From Thermoprotei archaeon (GTDB lineage Archaea > Thermoproteota > Thermoprotei > QMSL01 > B3-G16): a DNA stretch of 64,000 bases. How positions within the stretch are numbered: the stretch's first letter is position 1; each line of letters opens with the position of its first letter. Made by a program: the position numbers and the translations under genes. The stretch covers positions 11,361 through 75,360 of the forward strand of contig JAGGXX010000007.1 in NCBI GenBank assembly GCA_021162845.1. Reading direction: 5' to 3'. This document shows positions 58,246-64,000 of the stretch, piece after piece. The notes beneath the pieces were generated by a model. The model was not told the DNA's origin and ran no database searches. It saw nothing but the letters and a program-made list of their open reading frames with translations.

Positions 58246-60942
58246 GTGAAGAAGGTCGGCGTTGCCTCAGGGATTGTATTTTTAGTCCTCTTCCTAACTC
58301 TATTCACGATGATTGAGAAAAACCATGCTATTAGGTTATTCGAATTCTACCTACCATGGGATGACTCAAGCCGCACCCCCATAAGTCTAGCGGATCTAAT
58401 TGAAAGGCCTGCTGGGAAGTACGGATATGTGTACGTAGGCGATGATGGCCACCTGTATGTTAATGGAAAACGCATAAGGTTCCTTGGGGTGAACATCTGT
58501 GGTAGTGCGGCCTTTCCGAGGAAGGAGGATGCTGAGAAGATAGCCGCTAGGCTAGCTAAGTTCGGTGTGAACATCGTACGCTTTCACCACATGGATGCCT
58601 CCTGGGCTAGTCCTAACATCTTCGATAAATCCAGTGGAGGTACCCGCAAGCTGGATCCAGAAAGCCTCGATAAGCTGGACTACTTCATTGCAAAGCTTAA
58701 GGAGAACGGGATTTACGTTGATTTAAACCTACTAGTATCAAGGAGATTTAGGGCCAACGATGGCCTGCCTCGAGAAGTAGAGGAGGTCAATTGGAAGGAT
58801 CAGCAGGTACTGGGATTCTTCGTAGACGAGATATTAGGGCTTGAGAAGGAGTATGCACGACAATTACTTACCCATAGGAACCCTTACCTAGGGACAAGGT
58901 ACGCGGAGGAACCAGCAATAGCGATAGTCGAAGTAGTCAATGAGCAGGGGCTCATACACGCATGGCTAGGAGGAGTCATCGATAGGCTACCGGAGGTTTT
59001 CAAGGAGGAGCTTAGGGAGAAATGGAATGACTGGCTTAAGGAGAAGTATGGGTCTACTGATAAGTTGCTAAAGGCTTGGGGAGGGGGAGGGAAAGGCCTA
59101 GGTGAAGAGCTCTTAGCCAACGGTGACTTCAGTAAGGGGATCTCGGGTTGGAGCGTTGAGGTACACAATGGAGCGCGCGCTTCCTATAAGATCATCAATA
59201 CTCCGGAGGGCTTTCATGCCCTGATGATAAGGGTTGAGAGACTTGGCGGCGAGAAGTGGCATGTTCAGTTCAACTACCCGGGTATAAGGGTAATCGAGGG
59301 TAGATCCTACCTGGTGAGCTTTAAGGCTAAGGCCGATAGGGAGACCGTAATCTTCATCTCGCTTAGGCAAGCACATGAGCCTTGGCGTGCTTTATCTACC
59401 CCAATAGAGGTAATGATCACCCCCGAGTGGCAGGACTATAGAATAGTGCTGCTAGCCACGGGCTCCGATGAAAACGCTAGGCTCGATATAACGAACCTCG
59501 GGACTACTGAGGCAACCTACTACTTCGCGAACTTCTCGTTGAGGGAGTTTAGAGGGTATTCCCTCAAGAGGGGGGAGTCTCTAGAAGATGAAAACGTAGG
59601 CATTTTCACGTTAAAGGAGTATGGCTCTAGGGCCTCGAATGCTAGAAGGGATTGGGTGGAGTTCCTATGGAACCTAGAGGAGAAGTACTTCGAGGATATG
59701 TATCGTTATCTTAAGGAGGAGCTAGGAGTAAAGGCCCTGATAATAGGCACTATAGTGGGTTGCAGTACACCTAATATCATGGCCAAACTGGACGCAGTGG
59801 ACTCGCACGCTTACTGGCATCACCCCGTTTTCCCGGGTAGGCCATGGGATCCTAACAACTGGTATGTCGTAAACGATCCCATGGTGAACCATCCTGATGA
59901 GAATACGATCTCGTGGATCGCTGCGAAGAGGGTTTGGGGTAAGCCGTTTACCGTAAGCGAGTATAACCACCCAGCACCCCTCATGTACGATGCCGAAACC
60001 GTCCTGCTACTGGCTACTTACGCTGCCTTACAGGATTGGGATGGAGTCTTCTTCTTTGATTATGGATCCCTTAACGACTGGGATTCACGTCGCATAAGAG
60101 GCTACTTTGACATCGACCAGCATCCTGCTAAGATGGCTTCCCTTATACCCGCATACATGATATTCGTACGAGGCGATGTAACGCCCGCTAAGACTGTCGT
60201 CTCCTATGGATTAAGCGGTGAAGATGAGATGGAGTTTATAGTACAAGGGAAGGCTAGCAGCTGGTGGTTGCCAGATGCACTGCGAGCTGGGATGAAGCCT
60301 TATATGCCGTTGCTCTGTAGAGTGGGTATAAGTTTAAATGGCTCAACACGTGCTCCAGAGGAGGTAAATGTATCGGAGGTCTACGAATCTGATAACGGAA
60401 TCGTAACGTGGAACTGTACGGATAAGGGAAGGTGTTTCATCCTCGTTAACAGTAGCCGTACCATCGCGCTAATAGGCTATATAGGTGGCAGGAGTTTCAG
60501 ACTAGGCGATATCGAGGTCGAAGTCGGCAGGACCCTGTTAAACGGTTTTGGTGTAGTGGCCCTAACGGTACTCGATGGGGTGAGCTTCGAGGACTGGAAC
60601 AGGGTACTGGTGCTCGCGATAGGATACACGGGGAATACCGGGATGCAAATACGCGAGTACGAAAGTGGTAGGGTCTTAGCTGTAATATCCACGGGGCTGG
60701 ATAGGATCGAGGAATATCATGGTAAGGTAACGTGTAGTGGTAGCTGGGGTGGGGCACCAACCCTCGTGGAGGGGATCGATCTAATGATAAAATTACCTAC
60801 AACCGTGGAAGTTAAGGCCTGGAGCCTGGATAATACAGGCGCTAAAGCCAGAGAAGTTCAATTGGAGGAAGAAGGGGACTACTACATAGTGAAGTTAGGG
60901 CCTTACTACAGGACCATATGGTACCTGCTGGAGAGGAGATAA
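58246..60942 (+). CDS. secreted clan GH-A (GH5-like) TIM-barrel glycosidase with an internal CBM4/9-like beta-sandwich module
   Basis: Signal/TM N-terminus MKKVGVASGIVFLVLFLTLF. VVNEQG matches the acid/base NEP-type motif and TVSEYN the nucleophile TE-type motif. ANGDFSKGISGWSVEVHNG...WHVQFNYPGIRVIEGRSYLVSFKAKA is CBM4/9-like. Confidence 0.7.
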   Translation: MKKVGVASGIVFLVLFLTLFTMIEKNHAIRLFEFYLPWDDSSRTPISLADLIERPAGKYGYVYVGDDGHLYVNGKRIRFLGVNICGSAAFPRKEDAEKIAARLAKFGVNIVRFHHMDASWASPNIFDKSSGGTRKLDPESLDKLDYFIAKLKENGIYVDLNLLVSRRFRANDGLPREVEEVNWKDQQVLGFFVDEILGLEKEYARQLLTHRNPYLGTRYAEEPAIAIVEVVNEQGLIHAWLGGVIDRLPEVFKEELREKWNDWLKEKYGSTDKLLKAWGGGGKGLGEELLANGDFSKGISGWSVEVHNGARASYKIINTPEGFHALMIRVERLGGEKWHVQFNYPGIRVIEGRSYLVSFKAKADRETVIFISLRQAHEPWRALSTPIEVMITPEWQDYRIVLLATGSDENARLDITNLGTTEATYYFANFSLREFRGYSLKRGESLEDENVGIFTLKEYGSRASNARRDWVEFLWNLEEKYFEDMYRYLKEELGVKALIIGTIVGCSTPNIMAKLDAVDSHAYWHHPVFPGRPWDPNNWYVVNDPMVNHPDENTISWIAAKRVWGKPFTVSEYNHPAPLMYDAETVLLLATYAALQDWDGVFFFDYGSLNDWDSRRIRGYFDIDQHPAKMASLIPAYMIFVRGDVTPAKTVVSYGLSGEDEMEFIVQGKASSWWLPDALRAGMKPYMPLLCRVGISLNGSTRAPEEVNVSEVYESDNGIVTWNCTDKGRCFILVNSSRTIALIGYIGGRSFRLGDIEVEVGRTLLNGFGVVALTVLDGVSFEDWNRVLVLAIGYTGNTGMQIREYESGRVLAVISTGLDRIEEYHGKVTCSGSWGGAPTLVEGIDLMIKLPTTVEVKAWSLDNTGAKAREVQLEEEGDYYIVKLGPYYRTIWYLLERR

Positions 60943-61044
60943 GCTCTATCCGGAGAGGCAACACATCAGCGCTTTCACTCGTATAGTTAACGCTTTGAGG
61001 TAGATAAGAGATTCTTAAATCTACGGGAACTTAAAATCAGGGGA

Positions 61045-63225
61045 GTGAAAATGTCTGTATCGGATAATGTCGATGAGCTGATTTCTAGAATGACTCTAGA
61101 GGAGAAGGCGCAATTCGTTGTGGGAAGAGGGGTACCGGGCTTCTTCGGCAACCCGCCCTCAAGGGTTCCGGGTGCTGCAGGCGAAACGCGTCCGATAGAG
61201 AGGCTTGGGATACCATCAGTAGTCCTTGCGGACGGCCCTGCTGGCCTTAGGATAAATCCCAGGAGGGAAGGAGATGAGAAGACTTACCATGCTACGGCTT
61301 TTCCCGTGGCGATTATGCTCGCCTCTACTTGGAACAGGGAGCTCCTAGAAGCTGTGGGAAGGGCCATGGGGGAGGAGGTGAGGGAGTATGGAGTTGACAT
61401 ACTCCTCGCTCCTGCTATGAACATTCACAGGAATCCCCTGTGCGGGAGGAACTTTGAATACTACTCTGAGGACCCCCTTCTCTCCGGCGAGATGGCTGCA
61501 GCCTTCATAAAAGGCGTTCAGTCCCAAGGAGTAGGTGCGTGTGTAAAGCATTTCGTCGCTAATAATCAGGAGACGAATCGCCGAATCGTAGACACGATCG
61601 TCTCGGAGAGGGCATTAAGGGAGATATACCTTAAAGGCTTCGAGATCGCCATTAAGAAATCTAAGCCATGGGCGGTGATGAGCGCCTATAATAAGCTAAA
61701 CGGAAAGTACTGTTCGCAGAACGAGTGGCTCCTAACGAAGGTGCTGAGGGAGGAGTGGGGCTTCGAGGGCTTCGTGATGACGGATTGGTTCGCTGGGGAT
61801 GACCCAGTAGAGCAAATGAGAGCGGGAAACGATATGATAATGCCTGGGAAGGCATATCAGATCGACTCTAAGAGGAAGGACGAAGTAGAGGAAATAATGA
61901 ATGCAGTCAAGGAAGGGAGGCTAAGTGAAGAGGTACTCGATAGAAACGTGAGGAACATACTGAAGGTACTCGTGAACTCGCCCTCATTTAAAGGATATAA
62001 GTACTCCAGTCAACCGGATCTCGAAGCACACGCGAAGGTCGCTTATGAGGCAGGTATAGAGGGAGTCGTCCTCCTGAAGAACGAAGGAGTACTGCCCCTA
62101 AAGGAAGATGCTAGTATAGCTCTATTCGGGACAGGACAGATAGAGACCATTAAGGGCGGGACTGGAAGCGGTGATACGCATCCAAGGTACGTGATCTCCA
62201 TATTAGAAGGCATGAGGGAGAGGAACCTTAAGGTGGATGAGGAGTTAGCGGAGATCTACACTAGATATGTACGTGAGATGAGGGAGAAGGAGGAATATAG
62301 AATAAAGAGAGGTCCATTCGGCCAACCCATTATGCCACGACTTCCTCAGGACTTCCTAGGTGAGGATCAACTGAAGAGATATGCGGAGAGGAACGATGTA
62401 GCGATAATCGTGATAAGCAGGATATCAGGTGAAGGCTACGATAGAAAGCCGGAGAAAGGTGACTTCTACCTGAGCGATGACGAGAAGAGCCTCTTGGAAA
62501 AGGTATCTAAGGTCTTCCACGAGCACGGTAAGAGGGTCGTAGTCCTACTGAACATAGGATCCCCGATCGAGGTCGCCAGCTGGAGGGGCCTGGTTGATAG
62601 TATACTACTAATATGGCAGGCTGGACAGGAGACTGGGAGGATAGTCGCGGATACGATAGTTGGGAAGGTCAACCCCTCTGGAAAACTCCCGACGACCTTT
62701 CCGAGGGACTACTCGGATGTCCCTTCTTGGAACTTCCCTGGTGAACCTAAGGACGACCCGCAGAGAGTAGTATACGATGAAGGGATATACGTTGGCTATA
62801 GGTACTACGATACTTTCGGGGTAGAACCGGCCTATGAGTTCGGCTTCGGGCTCTCTTATACGACGTTTGAATACAAAAATCTCGATGTAAAGGTATTGAA
62901 TGATTCGATAAAGGTCTCATTCGAGGTTACAAATACCGGTGACTTTCCCGGGAAGGAGATAGCACAGGTTTACGTTAGGGCTCCTAAAGGGAAACTGGAC
63001 AAACCCTTCCAAGAGCTGAAGGGATTCCATAAGACTAGGCTCCTAAAGCCCGGCGAAACCGAAAAAGTAGAAGTGGAGATATGCCTAAGATCGCTTGCAA
63101 GCTTCGATGGGGAGAAGTGGCTCCTGGAGAAGGGCGAATACGAGGTACGAGTTGGGGCGTCCTCGAGAGACATCAGGCTTACAGGCAAATTCACGATAGA
63201 TAAAGAAAGAAGATACAATCCATAA
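61045..63225 (+). CDS. glycoside hydrolase family 3 beta-glucosidase (BglX-like) with C-terminal FnIII-like domain
   Basis: GH3 N-terminal block ADGPAGLRINP, KHFVANNQE, and C-terminal FGFGLSYTTFEY. Confidence 0.85.
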   Translation: MKMSVSDNVDELISRMTLEEKAQFVVGRGVPGFFGNPPSRVPGAAGETRPIERLGIPSVVLADGPAGLRINPRREGDEKTYHATAFPVAIMLASTWNRELLEAVGRAMGEEVREYGVDILLAPAMNIHRNPLCGRNFEYYSEDPLLSGEMAAAFIKGVQSQGVGACVKHFVANNQETNRRIVDTIVSERALREIYLKGFEIAIKKSKPWAVMSAYNKLNGKYCSQNEWLLTKVLREEWGFEGFVMTDWFAGDDPVEQMRAGNDMIMPGKAYQIDSKRKDEVEEIMNAVKEGRLSEEVLDRNVRNILKVLVNSPSFKGYKYSSQPDLEAHAKVAYEAGIEGVVLLKNEGVLPLKEDASIALFGTGQIETIKGGTGSGDTHPRYVISILEGMRERNLKVDEELAEIYTRYVREMREKEEYRIKRGPFGQPIMPRLPQDFLGEDQLKRYAERNDVAIIVISRISGEGYDRKPEKGDFYLSDDEKSLLEKVSKVFHEHGKRVVVLLNIGSPIEVASWRGLVDSILLIWQAGQETGRIVADTIVGKVNPSGKLPTTFPRDYSDVPSWNFPGEPKDDPQRVVYDEGIYVGYRYYDTFGVEPAYEFGFGLSYTTFEYKNLDVKVLNDSIKVSFEVTNTGDFPGKEIAQVYVRAPKGKLDKPFQELKGFHKTRLLKPGETEKVEVEICLRSLASFDGEKWLLEKGEYEVRVGASSRDIRLTGKFTIDKERRYNP

Positions 63226-63250
63226 GGCATCCTTCTTAACCTTTTTTCCT

Positions 63251-63958
63251 TCAATCCCTCGTCCTCTCATACCAAGCTGGTCGTAAAGTCTTGACATGGA
63301 CTATTGTGAATTCCCTCAATGCGTTCACGAGCTGTAGGGTCTTCTCCAGTGGGGGTTCCGGCAACTTATTACCATAGTTATCGTAACCAACATAGGCCTT
63401 CCGTGGCCCTATATCCTTCAAGGCCTTTACGAACTCTTCTAAATCGAAATCTAGAACAGGCTCTATGACTATTAGCTTATGAGGCCAGGTGAGCTCGATC
63501 ATTGCCTTTATCCGCTCACTAGGCTTCGGTGCCTTGGATATTCGCTCATATCCTTCATCCCTGTTAGTCTCTATAGTTGCACCTAAGATGGCGTTCCTAG
63601 GCATGACGTCTAGGAATTCGAGATATCTAGCTGGGTTCTTCGTGAGAAAGAAGAAGGTAGTATGAGGGAACTGCCTTATGCGGTTTAGCACTTTTAGTAT
63701 CCAATCTCTAGGTACCCATGAGTTACCACACCACACAGGTTTACCATTCCTCCTTACATATATTATGTGTGTTGGAACTTCGGCGCAGTAAACATAACCA
63801 CTATACACTGCATAACCGACGTAGCATCTGGTTTCTATGTTTCTTTTTCTCGCATAGCGTAAGTTCCTAGTGTAATCGACTTCCACTACCTTTTGTTTTC
63901 CACTAATTATGACTTCATATATCGGTGTTCCGCCTTGTATTATTCTTCCATTTTTCAA
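63251..63958 (-). CDS. hypothetical protein (235 aa)
   Basis: Long open frame with protein-like composition. No confident family assignment; there are scattered Cys residues but no CX3CX2C triad. Confidence 0.45.
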   Translation of the reverse strand: MKNGRIIQGGTPIYEVIISGKQKVVEVDYTRNLRYARKRNIETRCYVGYAVYSGYVYCAEVPTHIIYVRRNGKPVWCGNSWVPRDWILKVLNRIRQFPHTTFFFLTKNPARYLEFLDVMPRNAILGATIETNRDEGYERISKAPKPSERIKAMIELTWPHKLIVIEPVLDFDLEEFVKALKDIGPRKAYVGYDNYGNKLPEPPLEKTLQLVNALREFTIVHVKTLRPAWYERTRD

Positions 63959-64000
63959 TTTACATGGTTTCGTCTTTCTAACACGTATTGTGGAGACATA

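Noticed and set aside
1-64000. Searched by eye for CRISPR arrays (regularly spaced 24-37 bp direct repeats), tRNA-like sequences (GC-rich acceptor/T-arm, GTTC[GA]A[AT]TC) and rRNA.
   Set aside because: Found none. The only tandem repeat seen is an 11-bp duplication at 52201-52222. Absence is stated from visual scanning only, so a tRNAscan/Infernal run would be definitive.

Overview
This 64 kb window reads as an accessory-rich stretch of a hyperthermophilic archaeal chromosome, probably crenarchaeal (Thermoproteales-like). The pointers are an archaeal-type myo-inositol-1-phosphate synthase, di-myo-inositol-phosphate genes, an AbrB-PhoU fusion, A/T-rich TATA boxes about 25-35 bp upstream of mostly leaderless starts, and no Shine-Dalgarno pattern. 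GC is moderate (about 45-50% by eye), with lower-GC patches at about 19-23 kb and 49-55 kb. Both strands are densely coding.

Content by region:
- 0.6-15.5 kb, housekeeping or metabolic: FGGY sugar kinase, DHH phosphoesterase, radical-SAM/HhH protein, Nnr NAD(P)HX repair enzyme, PfkB kinase, AbrB-PhoU regulator, flavin reductase-like protein, threonine synthase, DmpA-type aminopeptidase, URO-D-like protein, and an amino-acid ABC transporter (SBP-permease-ATPase).
- 15.5-20 kb, decayed and regulatory: MBL-hydrolase pseudogene, Cys-rich ferredoxin-like protein divergent from ArsR, TetR divergent from a BASS/ACR3-like transporter, and UPF0175/DUF3368 toxin-antitoxin remnants.
- 26.6-36.8 kb plus 58.2-63.2 kb, carbohydrate-active island: GH4, GH3 with a PA14 insertion, a GH-A (GH5-like) enzyme with a CBM4/9-like module, a second GH3, two sulfatase-fold paralogs that carry Thr at the formylglycine position, and a 1,087-aa membrane-anchored protein of no recognisable catalytic family.
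- 44.8-47.9 kb, compatible-solute cluster: CDP-alcohol phosphatidyltransferase (DIPPS-like), sugar-phosphate nucleotidyltransferase (IPCT-like) and MIPS, with a second CDP-alcohol phosphatidyltransferase paralog at 52.4-53.0 kb inside a low-GC patch.
- Toxin-antitoxin content is very high: three MNT-HEPN pairs, four VapBC pairs, one orphan antitoxin and one degraded UPF0175/DUF3368 pair.
- Gene decay is frequent: a TnpB (IS200/IS605 OrfB) remnant, and a fragment graveyard at 48.8-50.2 kb holding NadE-like and glycosidase beta-propeller pieces.

The most interesting candidate for an undescribed module is a translationally coupled pair at 25.45-26.24 kb, an RHH-DUF5678 fusion protein followed by a retropepsin-like D-T-G aspartic protease, preceded by a 10-bp inverted repeat and a TATA box. 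No rRNA, tRNA or CRISPR array was found.
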